Below are positions 34,403 to 47,487 of a stretch of 47,487 nt of DNA, piece after piece (the stretch's first letter is position 1; each line of letters opens with the position of its first letter). The notes below the pieces were generated by a model. The model saw nothing but the letters and a program-made list of their open reading frames with translations, did not search any database and had not been told where the DNA came from. The position numbers and the translations under genes are program-made. Origin of the DNA: Octopus bimaculoides (lineage: Eukaryota); assembly GCF_001194135.2 (NCBI RefSeq), contig NC_068981.1, positions 122,833,891 to 122,881,377 of the forward strand, read 5' to 3'.

Positions 34403-36964
34403 ACACATATTTAGAAATGATTTAATGGGATTAATTGAAGGTTTTCTTTAATTATAGGTATTGGAAATAACCATATCCAATGCTACTAGAGATATAATTA
34501 GAAACGATAATCACGAGTAGGAAAATTAAGAATCGTTCCTCTTCGCGGACACCTTTTAAATGGTTAACGAAGCCCTAAGTAGTAGGTACATCAAGAAGTT
34601 AGCTGAATAGAGGATACCCTAAAAGCGAATTGAGAAATAAAGAATAATATGGGTTAACCTACTACATAACTTGGAATTACAATGGGTATAGACGATTATT
34701 TTCAAGCTTTAATGCATAAGTGCAGTAAACTTTCTTAATGCACGCGAATTAAAGTCAGCTTTCATTTCCTAAAATATATCATTTGTCAACTCACAGTAAA
34801 GTATAAAATTTACAAGATCCAGTCTTGACCATCGCAATAGCTAACTGATAACTGCTCGATATCGAGATTAATATGGAACTGAATAACTCAGAGACCAAAG
34901 ATGTGAAAGGACTTTTAGAACATGGAGCATTGCTAGTTAAAATACACCATATTTCAGAATATCTCATAGCTGCAAACATTGTCTTACTGAGAAATTTCAG
35001 ATGTTCAATGAAGTGAGCCGAAATTATTTTTCCTGAAGCGTGTCAAACAATTGCATTCCCCAAACCAGCTAGTTCAAATTTATTGGAATCGAATTCGACT
35101 CCCTACGTGGTGGCTTTATCATTGACGACAAAGGACTGGGCAAGAAAGTCATCTTTGAATCATATTTCAATTATTTTCGGTTAATTTCAACAACACGATT
35201 TGCTTTGACCATATAAAGAAAAATAATTTTAACCAGCCTAACTACCTGTGCACATAGCATAACCCACAACAATTCACTAAATACTATCGTATCAACCACA
35301 CATGTTGTTATGCAAGCAAATCCAATATACGATTCACCAGTTGTTAACCTACTAATATATAGACTTATATGTTTCACGAGTGCAAGATTTTAATGCTGTA
35401 TATCAATTTATTTATTCGATTATCTTCTTAACAGTTTGCTCTGTTATTCCTCTCCTTTCGCTTGCTCCAAATAAATATACAAAATTTCAAAGGTTTAACC
35501 ATTTCAATGTTAATCGATAACATTGTTTATAGCAGTATTTTCTTCTTTTTTTTTCTCGTATAATGCACTACTACATACTGATATCTATGCTCATTTTCTC
35601 CATCATTCATCTTCATTCTCAGCATAATACTATTAGAAATAGCAAAATTATACAACCATTAAATATTTCTTTAGATTACAATATTTTAGTCGAAACACTC
35701 CCCTCAGGATAGAACATAAGACAAAAGTATTCCAAACCTATATCTACTTAAAAATCTATCCTCAGCCCTATAAACAAAATATGCAAATGTATGTGAAAAA
35801 TATCAGTTTAATGTGTGTATGCAATCCTAGTATTAAACTTTTGATTCTTCAAGCTCTATTAATATGAACAAAATCTATGATACCTGAAAGAAGGGGTAAA
35901 TACAATAAAAAGCTTATATAAAATAATTTCGTATGTGCATATTTACTTACATTGCAAGGTTTGGTTTATTTTTTTTGTTTTGCTTTATTGTTTTTAAAAG
36001 CAATACTTGATATTACATTAGTATGCTATGGGGAAAAATCCACTAAAAGTAGTTTGTTAAAACATCGATTAACGCATTTTATAACATTGATTATATCGCC
36101 TTGGTAGGTTTATATGCATATTTTTGTTTTTTATATAGGCTCATCTATCCGATATGTCAAGTTCCAGCGAGATTCCAGAGATGGTATAAACACATAAACA
36201 TGTTCAGCCTTTATTATTATTATGTATGCAGCCTTTCTTAATATACGGCCATTATATATATATATATNNNNNNNNNNNNNNNNNNNNNNNNNNNNNNNNN
36301 NNNNNNNNNNNNNNNNNNNNNNNNNNNNNNNNNNNNNNNNNNNNNNNNNNNNNNNNNNNNNNNNNNNNNNNNNNNNNNNNNNNNNNNNNNNNNNNNNNNN
36401 NNNNNNNNNNNNNNNNNNNNNNNNNNNNNNNNNNNNNNNNNNNNNNNNNNNNNNNNNNNNNNNNNNNNNNNNNNNNNNNNNNNNNNNNNNNNNNNNNNNN
36501 NNNNNNNNNNNNNNNNNNNNNNNNNNNNNNNNNNNNNNNNNNNNNNNNNNNNNNNNNNNNNNNNNNNNNNNNNNNNNNNNNNNNNNNNNNNNNNNNNNNN
36601 NNNNNNNNNNNNNNNNNNNNNNNNNNNNNNNNNNNNNNNNNNNNNNNNNNNNNNNNNNNNNNNNNNNNNNNNNNNNNNNNNNNNNNNNNNNNNNNNNNNN
36701 NNNNNNNNNNNNNNNNNNNNNNNNNNNNNNNNNNNNNNNNNNNNNNNNNNNNNNNNNNNNNNNNNNNNNNNNNNNNNNNNNNNNNNNNNNNNNNNNNNNN
36801 NNNNNNNNNNNNNNNNNNNNNNNNNNNNNNNNNNNNNNNNNNNNNNNNNNNNNNNNNNNNNNNNNNNNNNNNNNNNNNNNACTTCTCAAGAACGACTTTC
36901 GGCTGCATTATAATATAACATTATTCACTCAGGTGTAGATATCGCAATCCTTAAGTTTGGTAGT

Positions 36965-37312
36965 TCGTAGGTTACGACAACGAGGGTTCCTGTTGATCCG
37001 ATCAACGGAACAGCCTGCTCGTGAAATTAACGTGCAAGTGGCTGAGCATTCCACAGACACGTGTACCCTTAACGTAGTTCTCGGGGAGATTCAGCGTGAC
37101 AAAGAGTGTGACAAGGCGGGCCTTTGAAATACAGGTACAACAGAAACAGGAAGAAAGAGTCAGAGAAAGTTGTGGTGAAAGTGTACAGCAGGGTTCACCA
37201 CTACCCCCTGCCGGAGCCTTGTGGAATTTTAGGTATTTTCGCTAAATAAACACTCACAACGGCCGGTCTGGGAATCGAAACCGCGATCCTACGACCGCCA
37301 TTGCGCCTCCAC
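36965..37312 (-). mobile_element. tRNA-derived SINE family D
   Basis: The reverse complement starts GGAGGCGCAATGG...GGTTTCGATTCCC (B box). The body includes GTACCTGTATTTC and TAATTTCACGAGCAGGCTG. Confidence 0.75.
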
Positions 37313-37364
37313 AATACTTAATACATTATTATAAATATATGTGTATATGTGTATGCATGTATGT

Positions 37365-37505
37365 ATGCAGGTATGTATGTATGTAGGTAGGTAGGTAGGT
37401 AGGTAGGTAGGTAGGCAGGTAGGTAGGTAGGTAGGTAGGTAGGTAGGTAGGTAGGTAGGTAGGTGGGTATTATGTATGTATGTATGCATGTATGTATGTA
37501 TGTAT
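37365..37505. repeat. (TAGG)n tract flanked by (TATG)n
   Basis: Direct reading. Confidence 0.95.
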
Positions 37506-39886
37506 GAGTGTATACATCAAGGCCTGACCAACCGTTTGTTCCCAGAGTATTTCATGGAATACTACTTTGATAGAAAACACTAGTATTATCTGGTTATCAA
37601 TGCTTCAGGAACGCTTGTGTTCAAGTAAATTAAAATAACCTTGTCTCATATTTCACATGCAAGATGATAAACCATCATAGTTATGTTGTCTTAGATGAGA
37701 AATTACCAAATAACAACAATAAAAACACTTAACCATAATAAAATATCTATTAACATCCACCCGTTTTTACAAGGTACGTTATGTTTATACAAACTCTGTT
37801 GGTGAAAATGAGGCTTGAAAATATAACTCATGACAATGATTACCCATTGAATAGCTATATTTCTATTTTGTTTAGGTCCTCTGTATTCAATATTTAATCT
37901 AACACAGATGAAGTAGAGTATGAATTATAGATTCTGGTGCTACTTTTCTATTAGTGTAGCTTTTTCTACATCCGCTGATGTTTACGATGTCCAGCGGAAA
38001 CAAAACCAGCGTTTTTCCGTGCCTGCTTTCTATAATTCTGTTTTCTAAAACTATATCGTTCCCATTTATAAGCCGATAGGGTGTGATTTAAGGAAAGTTT
38101 AATTAATAATTTTATAAAATGTAATAATTGCATACAGGTTAAGAATCTTAGCGTCAGTAACTGGAGATTTTCCACAGCAGCGAATTTTTTTTTCTGCTGG
38201 CAAGGCGAGACACTTTCAATTTCGGTTTAGTCTACTAACATTATTGACTGTTGAGTAGTATTTCTTTATCGACTGTTGAATACGAATTGTCACATTAAAT
38301 GTTGTTGTCATTATATCCAGCAGAGATCCAAAGACTTTTAACGTGTCACCTAAAAATTGTACTGCTCTAGAATTAATAAAGTAAATTCCAGTGATACACT
38401 CCTTGAAATACATAAACTATATAGCTTCTCTCTCAGCATTGGACACTTAACTAATTCAAAAAATTGGATATTCACAAAATTAAATTAATGTACCTTTGCT
38501 CTCTTTATATAGTTGTTTTTATTTCAGTTTCGTGTTTATAAATGGTGAATAGATGTCACTTTTCTTTTGCTTATCTATTTGTACTTTTAGTCAGTTTCTT
38601 ACCTGTATCTTGCTAATTTGCTATCATTACAAATGTTTCACCCAAGATCCTTAGCTGCTATTCGCTTTAAATTTCTGCTTCCGAAATAATTCGCTTCTGT
38701 AATTGCTTATTTTCAAAATTCATTTGCTTGTTTCTTGAAATATTTTGCAACCCCTTCATCTGTTATTACACTTTTGTTGTGTCTGTCTTTTCCCTCTTAC
38801 CATTTTCTTCAATTAACACACTCTTTCCTCGGCTATTACTATCATTTTGATTGTCTATTCCTATTCTTATAAACAATTTTATTCGCTTCTACTTTAATTC
38901 CAATTTTATAAAATCATTTGTAAAATCAATGGATATTTTTGGCAAATATCATATATACATGAATATTATTCTGCTAAATATTATTCTGAACCCAATTTTA
39001 TTTGTTCATCCGCTTTCCTATTCTCTATCTATTCTCCTGATTTTTTTTTTTTTTTTTGACTCTTTGAACATCTTGTAATGTGAGTGACCATTTTTGAAAG
39101 CAAGAGCGAACGAGTATGTACATACATATTATTTACTGATATATATATACAGAGGGAGAGAGAGAGAGTGAGAGAGCAAGAGAGAGGGAGAGAGAGAGGA
39201 GACTCAGAAAGGTATTTTAAAAAGACACCTATAACAGTGCTTGGGGAGAACAATATAAATAGAAACGCTTACCCCGTTACGTTATATTTCGATATGTTTA
39301 TTCTAAATGTTTAATGAAGAGAATATTGAAACAAAACTTACTTTGATTAGTATTAAAATATATGGATAGCTTTGTTAATTTCTATGTGGCGAAAATCCTC
39401 GTCCGACTCTAGTCAATTGTTAATGTTGAAATATAATTTACTAAATAAGAATGGCTTTTGTAATTTTTAAGCATCCAATATACATATATCAGTTGTATAA
39501 AGTTAAAACATGATCTGGTTTTCACATTTTTATATTTTATCGTTAAAAAATATTTTGTAACGTTCATAAAGTTCAATTAGAGGGATCTATGCCAGTAATA
39601 TTGGTACGCACGATAAACAGTTAGGTTTAAGCTGCATGCGGATTGGTCAAAACCGTTTCTAAAAATTCAGCTTCTGGGAGTGTTCTCAGACATAGTACAG
39701 TTTTCAAGAACTCAACTGTCAGTTAAATACATCTTGAACTCTGAAGATTACTACAAATGTAAGAAAGCGCTAATAGAACATTCACACAAATTCAGAAAAT
39801 ATTTATATACATACTTTGAATATATATACATATATGATGGGTACTCTTGTCGTGAACGACAAATGAGGATTCAGTAAAATTAAGCA

Positions 39887-40690
39887 TTAAGCGTTAATCA
39901 TGTTTTGAGGCCTGCTAGTTGCCTTGCAAATCTTTTGACAAATCAAACAAATTGAGGACTCTATTTGTTTGCGTGCTTGTTGATCATTTACTACGTGTTT
40001 TCTTGAGTGGCTGGCATGGCCTACTTTGCTTCGTACAACAAAACTACAATGACAGGAAAGGTTTCCATTTACCTGCTTGCACGAAGTTGTTCCCGATGAT
40101 GGAGTCACTTTACTCAAATCTTTGAACTGAGGAGAAGCAGGACTAACGGTAAGTCCTGCGTCTGATGCTTTGTTTTCTCAGGAAGAAAATGGAATGTTGC
40201 ATCGATTCAGATTTCTTTTAAATTGTCTTTGAAGCGCAAAAGTGGCCTTCCAACTGAACATTCTGATGAGAATTGGCCAAAGAGAAGTTGCTTTGGAATT
40301 CTGATATCATTTATACATGAGAGATCACCTGGCCATCTAAACTGTATTTTGATGAGGATGACGTCAATACTTGATATGATGCATTATTTTAGTACCTCAC
40401 TCTCACGAACATGGCCACTCAGTTTTATGATGGAGATAGTACGCAAGCATTGCATATGAAAAGCGTCAAGCAGGTTGATGTGCTTTCAATACAGAGTCCA
40501 AGATTCAGCACCATAAAATAATGTTGACAAGACCACTGACGATATACGCTGACTTTCACTTTCAACGATACGTCGTGGCTGTCGCAAAGCCTGTGATAAG
40601 TCTTACCGAAAGCGGAGCTAGCCTTCCCCATTCGGAACACAATTACTTTATCCATCTTCGCATCATTGGACACAATGGATTCTTAACAAC
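39887..40690 (-). mobile_element. RTE-clade (BovB-like) LINE 3' end with C-terminal Cys/His motifs
   Basis: SNDAKMDKVIVFRMGKASSAFG...HDVSLKVKVSVYR, then QFRWPGD...RIPKQLLFGQ, then CHCSFVVRSKVGHASHSRKH and CLICQKICK near the end. Confidence 0.85.
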
Positions 40691-41779
40691 TTCTCGCGTC
40701 TATAAATATATGTGTATCTGTCTGTCTGTCTGTGTGTATGTGTGTGCATGTGTGGGTGTATATAATCTTTGGGTAAATATATATATATATATATGTATGT
40801 ATGTATGCGTGTGTACATACACGCATACATACATGTATATATCTTTCTGTGTTTCTGCTTCGTACCAACGAATCTTTAAAATATACCGCCGTCATTTACT
40901 TCTTCTCATAACACCACATCCGCATTTCCCTAAATTGCAAAGGGTTCCCTAAACTTACCCATTGCTTTATACACACCACCCCACATCCTAAGAACGAGAT
41001 TCGTTCTTTATATTTTATCGTTTATAATGAAAAACAATAAGATTCATCACTAATTCTGTCCTTCACTTTTCTGTATTTTGTATTCAACGATTTTCTTTAA
41101 TTTCCTTTTGCTCTGCTTTTCTTTATTCAATCCAGCCCCATTTTATTTCCCCTTCTTACCCCCAACCAATACTACCTTCCTAAACCTTGCTCTAGACATT
41201 GAAAAGTCATGTCGCTTGCAGCGCTTTGTATTGAGCTAATCTGTCTTTTGTTTTATTGAAGCATTAATATTTACTCATTTTACTTATTATATGTTACGTC
41301 TTTTTTACTTCATTTACCAAATACTGTAGAAGGATCTTTTTGATGAATAAATAATACTTGAAAAAAAAAAAGAACGATAAATGCAAAGAAATTCGTTTAA
41401 ATGATTTAAGTTTACATGAATATATTGTTTCGTTTTCTTTGAGACCTTTATATTTTTCTCTTAACTGATTCACTCATTCATTCATTCATTATTTATTCAT
41501 TTTATTTCATTCGTTGATTCGTCTGAATTTGACTTTAGCTTAAAAAAAGCATTCATAATATATTTCTCGGTTTTATATTCCTTTCAAATTAACACATTTC
41601 GCTGTATCAGTAGGGGGTCGATGATCGAAATATTTTGTGAGATTTTGTCCCATCACTTTAATCACTGTGTACGAATCTTACTAATAGCCTTAAGGATAAA
41701 ATAAGTATAAATCAAAAATTTATGATGATATCCTCAATTTCCTTTAACACAGCTACATATTATTATTCATACAATTTAA

Positions 41780-42150
41780 GGCGGCGTGTTGACAGAATAG
41801 TTAGCACGCCGAGCAAATACTATGCAACATTCCCTCCGTTTTGAGTTCAAATTCCGTCGAAGTTGGCATTTCCTTTCATCTTTTTCGGACTCGATAAAAA
41901 AGTATTGAGTATTGAGATCGATGTAATGGTTTACTACTCTCTGAAATTTCTAGCCTTGTGCCATAATTTGAAACTAATACAATTTAAGGCGGCATGCTGG
42001 CAGAATCGTTACACGTTGAAAAACTTCTTGTGGTATATTTTCGGGCTCTGCGTTCTTAGTTCAAATGCGTTCGAAGTAAACTCAGCCTTTTATTCTTTCG
42101 AGTTCGATAAAATAAAGTACCAGTCAAATACTTAGGTCGATAGTACCAGT
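41780..42150 (+). mobile_element. Tandem pair of SINE family B copies (208-bp period)
   Basis: ACAATTTAAGGCGGC at 41771 and 41979. Each is followed by an A-box, a B-box (GAGTTCAAAT / TAGTTCAAAT) and the CCTTT...TCGATAAAA core. Confidence 0.85.
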
Positions 42151-44190
42151 CAATTACTTATGATTTTACTAGAAACTATTATTGTGAAATGTATTTATGG
42201 ATCTCCAACTCTAGTGTAGAAATTATGTTTCTTTTCCATTTGTTAGAGGGTACTACTGTAATTTAGTGTTTAAAATATGTTAACAATTTGTTACAGTTTA
42301 CATTTTAAAGCACAATTTAATTTCCATTATTGCAACAAAAATACAGCCAAAGTCACTATGACGTTTCCTTGCCAAAAAAAGCTGCAAATACCTCATAAGC
42401 TGGAGGAAGAGTAACAATAGATATGAGATTTCTTCCAAACCTACTCTCCTTGTATGTGTTTCAACTTTGAGATTAAAATCAGTGTTTTTATACTATAATG
42501 CCAATAAGCACATTACGTTAATTCTTTTGGAAACTTTTGAACAGCAATTTTATCACCGGGAAAAAGTTCTAATTCAAAAAAACATGGACAGCAGAAGCGG
42601 TAACCTTTTCCATATGGTGAAAGAGGTATATAGTTGAATGGTTAACAGTAATTTGAAATAATAACGAAGAAAAACATTTGTAAGAAAAAGATGTCTGTTG
42701 TTATATCAATTCGTAGCAATTGGAAAAAAACAGATTTTTGTGAGAAAATTAATCGATATCCCGATGTTTTTTTGGTTTAGCATGGTAACAAAAATAATTA
42801 TTATTTGATTATTTCTATCACTACTGGTTTCAGAGACCCCGCTAAATAGAGATTGGCTCTTAACTTCGATCGTTGATTAAGACGGATCAATCAATTTATC
42901 TATTTATCTATCTCTCTATTTCCCCACACTTTCTCTCACTACCCTCCACACACACACAGGTAGTTAGGGTAGTCTCACTAGCTCCTGTATGTTAGTCAAA
43001 ATACATATTAAAACTGAGAAGTACGGAAATATTAAATACAGAGTTATTGTATATCAATACAAGAAATTGGGTATTTTTTGGTATTACTTATTCAACATTA
43101 CACGTGTTTTGTTCCCAAACTCAAATTATAAAGTGTTACATGTTAGATAAACATGTAAGGTATTTCCTATAGAAATTGTATACTAAAATAATATAATAAT
43201 GTATTATATTATTTCTCCGAAGTTCCGGCCAGCTAAGCCATCGTCAGCAGACCGACTATGGCTTAACTGGCCAAAATTTTTTACTGTCAACACCATTCTT
43301 ATATAACAATTATATATATATATATGTGTGTGTGTGCGTACATACATATATATCTACTTACACACACAAACATATGTAAAAGTTTACACTGAGGAGATTC
43401 TTACCCACAAACAATGATTTTTTAATAATTTTATTATGGGTAAGAATCAAAACAATTGTATGTAATTTGTATCTAATATTTATTATTTATTATATTACGT
43501 TATATTACTACAAGAATATAATATAATATTATGGTAATATAATATAATAGTATGGTTATATAATACAATATTATAGTAATATAACATTATGGTAAAATAT
43601 TTTCATTTTGAATTGACAATTGTACATGTCTCCATTTCCTATTTATTTATATAAATTTAATATATATACCCATGTGAGTTGTAAGGTTTTCTCTACAAAG
43701 TTGGGTATATAACAGTGGAGCCAGTGAAAGATTGGATATTTTAATCCCTACTCTCCGTGTATTGGATTTAATTTAATATATTACTTATATGTATGTGTGT
43801 ACACACACACACACACACATGTATGTATGTATGTATGTATATGTACACACAATACATAAAGTTTGAATGACTTCCAGTTATTGTTCTCATGATCCACATC
43901 AATAAGAGTCAATCAGTTTTCATATTGCGAAAGACTTGCTCTTCCATATATAAAACGTTTGTAGCAACACTACCTGTATAACGCTTTCTGTATCTCTAAC
44001 ATCTCATATGAGTGATGATGCACATGCTCAAATCAAACATACTTATATGAAATTCAGCTTTGGGGGGTACGCTTGTTTATACTTAGAACTGTTTTTCATA
44101 TGACTTGATAATACCTGTTTAATTGGAAGACACATGACTTGAATATAAAATCTAAAATTCTGCATTGGAATCATATTATATTAATTCCAA

Positions 44191-44233
<43 letters not shown>

Positions 44234-44974
44234 TAGATANNNNNNNNNNNNNNNNNNNNNNNNNNNNNNNNNNNNNNNNNNNNNNNNNNNNNNNNNNNNN
44301 NNNNNNNNNNNNNNNNNNNNNNNNNNNNNNNNNNNNNNNNNNNNNNNNNNNNNNNNNNNNNNNNNNNNNNNNNNNNNNNNNNNNNNNNNNNNNNNNNNNN
44401 NNNNNNNNNNNNNNNNNNNNNNNNNNNNNNNNNNNNNNNNNNNNNNNNNNNNNNNNNNNNNNNNNNNNNNNNNNNNNNNNNNNNNNNNNNNNNNNNNNNN
44501 NNNNNNNNNNNNNNNNNNNNNNNNNNNNNNNNNNNNNNNNNNNNNNNNNNNNNNNNNNNNNNNNNNNNNNNNNNNNNNNNNNNNNNNNNNNNNNNNNNNN
44601 NNNNNNNNNNNNNNNNNNNNNNNNNNNNNNNNNNNNNNNNNNNNNNNNNNNNNNNNNNNNNNNNNNNNNNNNNNNNNNNNNNNNNNNNNNNNNNNNNNNN
44701 NNNNNNNNNNNNNNNNNNNNNNNNNNNNNNNNNNNNNNNNNNNNNNNNNNNNNNNNNNNNNNNNNNNNNNNNNNNNNNNNNNNNNNNNNNNNNNNNNATA
44801 TATGTATATATATATATCGATAAGTAGATTGTGTGTGCGCGTGTGTGTGTACCCTCGAAGGTACATGCATATACATGTACATGTCTTTTTTTATAGATTG
44901 GTACACGCATATATACATATATATATATATATTTGTATGTCTGTGTGTATGCATATCTATACATACAAGAACAC

Positions 44975-45014
<40 letters not shown>

Positions 45015-46302
45015 CTACACCTATATATATAAATGACATGGTATTTTACAAGGCCCGTGTGTTAATCACATATGAGTCATACAAGGTAGGAGAAAATATA
45101 TTGTACTGAAGTATAGTTTCCTTGAGATCTGCTACAAAACATCGAAAGAATGAATTTTAAAAAAGTACAAATATCAAAAAAAAAATAGAAGGCAGTTAAA
45201 AGAAGAGAAACAGGATCAAGATACAGAATTATTTAAAAAAATTTTGCAATTATGCAATTAATTCACAGAATTCCTAAATGTCATCCGTCAAATATTGATG
45301 AAATATTTTATTAGTAACCTGGCAAAAAAGAACGAAGTCTTATGAAATAAAACCTATTAAATACATTTCTAAGAAAAGGTGATCTAGAATGGCCTAAGAC
45401 GGGACAACAAAAACAAAGAAAAACAATGCCTGTTACGTTGAAGCAAATAGGGAACTTTGTGTTGAAACACAAAGTTGTTAAACTTCAAGTGATGGGCAAG
45501 TTATAAAGCTTACAATAAAACATTCATTGAACGGAAGTTGCCTCCTCATATTTCGTTCTTCATGTGATAAATCTAGTATGTTGTAAAACTTAATTATGTA
45601 TCTTTAGAATAAGTAATTTTTTTATGCTTGGTATTCAAAGAATTCTTTAACGTTAACTTTATTTATTGTTGTTTCAGTCTCCTTTATTCGGTTCTTTTTT
45701 ATTTCGTGTATATATATATATATTTTTGTTTATATTTCATATGCTATAATCAAATTTTCTTTTTTCCTCGTGCGCTTCCTTATGTATATAGATATATATT
45801 TTACGATATTATTTAATTTTTGTAATTGACTTTCTCGTCTTTCCATAAATATTGTTATAAGCATAATTTTTCTTGATATATATATGTTATAGAATTAAAT
45901 AAATGTTTCGTCCAAATGAAATTATTAATATTTTATTTAATATATAAAACTAATTGACAAGCTCCTAAGAGCAACATTCGATATTCTGGAGAAATAACTG
46001 ATTTGTACCTACAAATTGAGTAAGGATTTTTCCTTCAACATTATTCCAGTATACAGGAATAGATTGCTAGTTATATATCCGTAGATATAGACGAATAAAT
46101 ATGTGTGTCTATATTTCTTTTACGTGTATGCAAGCGCGTGTGTTTAATTAATTTGGTATTGAGCAATTATTGGGGAACATAGGTGTATCGGAATGTATAT
46201 ACATATATATAGGAATGTATATACATTTGTAAGAATATTCCAAACAGTTTTTCCCCTCCCTTGCTTATTCGTTGATTGCTTATAGTTTTCGTTTTGTTAC
46301 AG

Positions 46303-46395
46303 TTTGTGCCGTGCGCCTCCCAGTCTAACTCATCCTACATCAGATTCAAACTGTCTAGCCAAGAAGAGAGCGATCAGAACGCAAAGCCACTACTG
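46303..46395 (+). CDS. Candidate next exon of the receptor (M3-M4 cytoplasmic loop), unconfirmed
   Basis: Pyrimidine-rich acceptor TTTTCGTTTTGTTACAG, 93 nt open in phase 0 (FVPCASQSNSSYIRFKLSSQEESDQNAKPLL), GC higher than the flanks, weak donor CTG|GTTCGT. It is frame-compatible with the 22237 donor. There is no conserved motif to confirm it. Confidence 0.3.
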
Positions 46396-46407
46396 GTTCG
46401 TAATACA

Positions 46408-46466
<59 letters not shown>
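46408..46466. repeat. (AAT)n microsatellite
   Basis: Direct reading. Confidence 0.97.
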
Positions 46467-46467
<1 letters not shown>

Positions 46468-47427
46468 TTTAAAATAATGAAATCATATTTTGTAGCACTT
46501 CTCTGTTTTGGCATGACTCTGTTGTATCTCTGTAGATTTTTTTTGTTGACGGAAATTTAGTTTGTTTAGTTTATGTAGATACGTCACACTGATTGAGAGC
46601 TTGCAGTTACTTTGGCCATTGCTAAATGACCACTTCTAGTCCTTCCCGACTGCAATCCTCTTTCCTTTGTCATTTCTCTCTCCTTCTCTCTCCCACCTCT
46701 CTCTCTATATATATATATATAGATGTCAGTTCTCAATCTGTTTGTATTTTGCCTTGGCCTGAGTATATTCAGCACTTCATTAAAATGTTACATAGTTATA
46801 CAGAACATATAAAAATTTGATTGTTTTACATTTTTTCCTAATATCTTTCAAAGAATCTTCTGCGCTTCCATAGGAAAGATTGCATGTCTGTTTGTCGTAG
46901 CATATTGTATTTTCTTCCTTGAATACCATTGTTTGAATGGGTGAGGTTGTGTATTGATATTTCACACTCCTGAATTTTACGTATATGCATGTTTGTTTTA
47001 ACATGAAATTATTTCTCACTTATACAAAAGCCTTATACACCAATTTATCTTTGAGGTGCTTGGATAACTAATTTACTGACTGGTTAAGGCTGAAGTTCAG
47101 CCTTACATTTGTAATGGGTAAGGTCTTTTTTTATAGGCAACATTGTATATTCTCAAAGGAGTAATTCTAATGTGGAATTCACCATCACCTTCACTGCAGA
47201 TTTTGGTACGAAGTGAGCGAAAATACCGTTAAATGGAAGAGGTGAACAAGGTGGAATAATTTTCCCGGAAAATATAGCAATGTATCATATTCGGTAAAAT
47301 AACAACTGAGCACTGCTTCAATGGTTTCAAAGTAGTTCATGACATACGTGTTTACTACTATACAAAAGTTATTCAAGCGTACAATATGATACGTGCCACT
47401 TGCAATTTATCACATGAATTACACACA

Positions 47428-47487
<60 letters not shown>

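Noticed and set aside
37990-38980. A-rich minus-strand stretch suggesting a very old LINE ORF2
   Set aside because: Only faint motif echoes (for example YSFRKQ), too decayed to call without a profile search.
6099-45039. Long ORFs composed mostly of X (for example 6363..7085, 8746..9483, 28847..29653, 30286..31518, 36131..36938, 44139..45039)
   Set aside because: They are open only because they run through N gaps and microsatellites. The only real coding content is the GIY-YIG frame next to 7070.
47085-47105. Perfect 10-bp palindrome TAAGGCTGAA-G-TTCAGCCTTA
   Set aside because: Isolated and with no supporting context, so noted only.
1-47487. CRISPR arrays, operons, prokaryotic promoters or terminators
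   Set aside because: The sequence is eukaryotic (spliceosomal exon, SINEs, microsatellites), and no regularly spaced repeat-spacer array was seen.

Overview
AT-rich, gappy animal genomic DNA. The SINE, mariner and microsatellite content looks like an octopod cephalopod (inference from remembered repeat consensus, not a search). The only confident host coding sequence is one internal + strand exon of a nicotinic acetylcholine receptor (Cys-loop) subunit at 22046-22236, covering M3 and the start of the M3-M4 loop. A weaker candidate loop exon lies at 46303-46395. Most of the window is therefore probably very large introns filled with repeats: four tRNA-derived SINE families, mariner and maT remnants and MITEs, two RTE-clade LINE fragments, a decayed Ty3/Gypsy element with one LTR, and a Penelope-like element (PLE) fragment with an open GIY-YIG endonuclease frame. 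The most notable signal is non-coding. Two families of small repeats carry minimal type I hammerhead ribozyme (HHR) motifs. Family F1 (8652-9798 and 16344-17351) has inferred monomers of about 344 nt and 624 nt. Its loci share a 'circularly permuted monomer plus inverted copy' layout and show compensatory base changes in HHR stem I and in a downstream hairpin. This matches retrozyme-like or non-autonomous PLE elements that could make self-cleaving circular RNAs. Family F2 is the HHR-bearing end of the GIY-YIG PLE and also occurs as two solo copies. Ribozyme activity and expression are predictions only.
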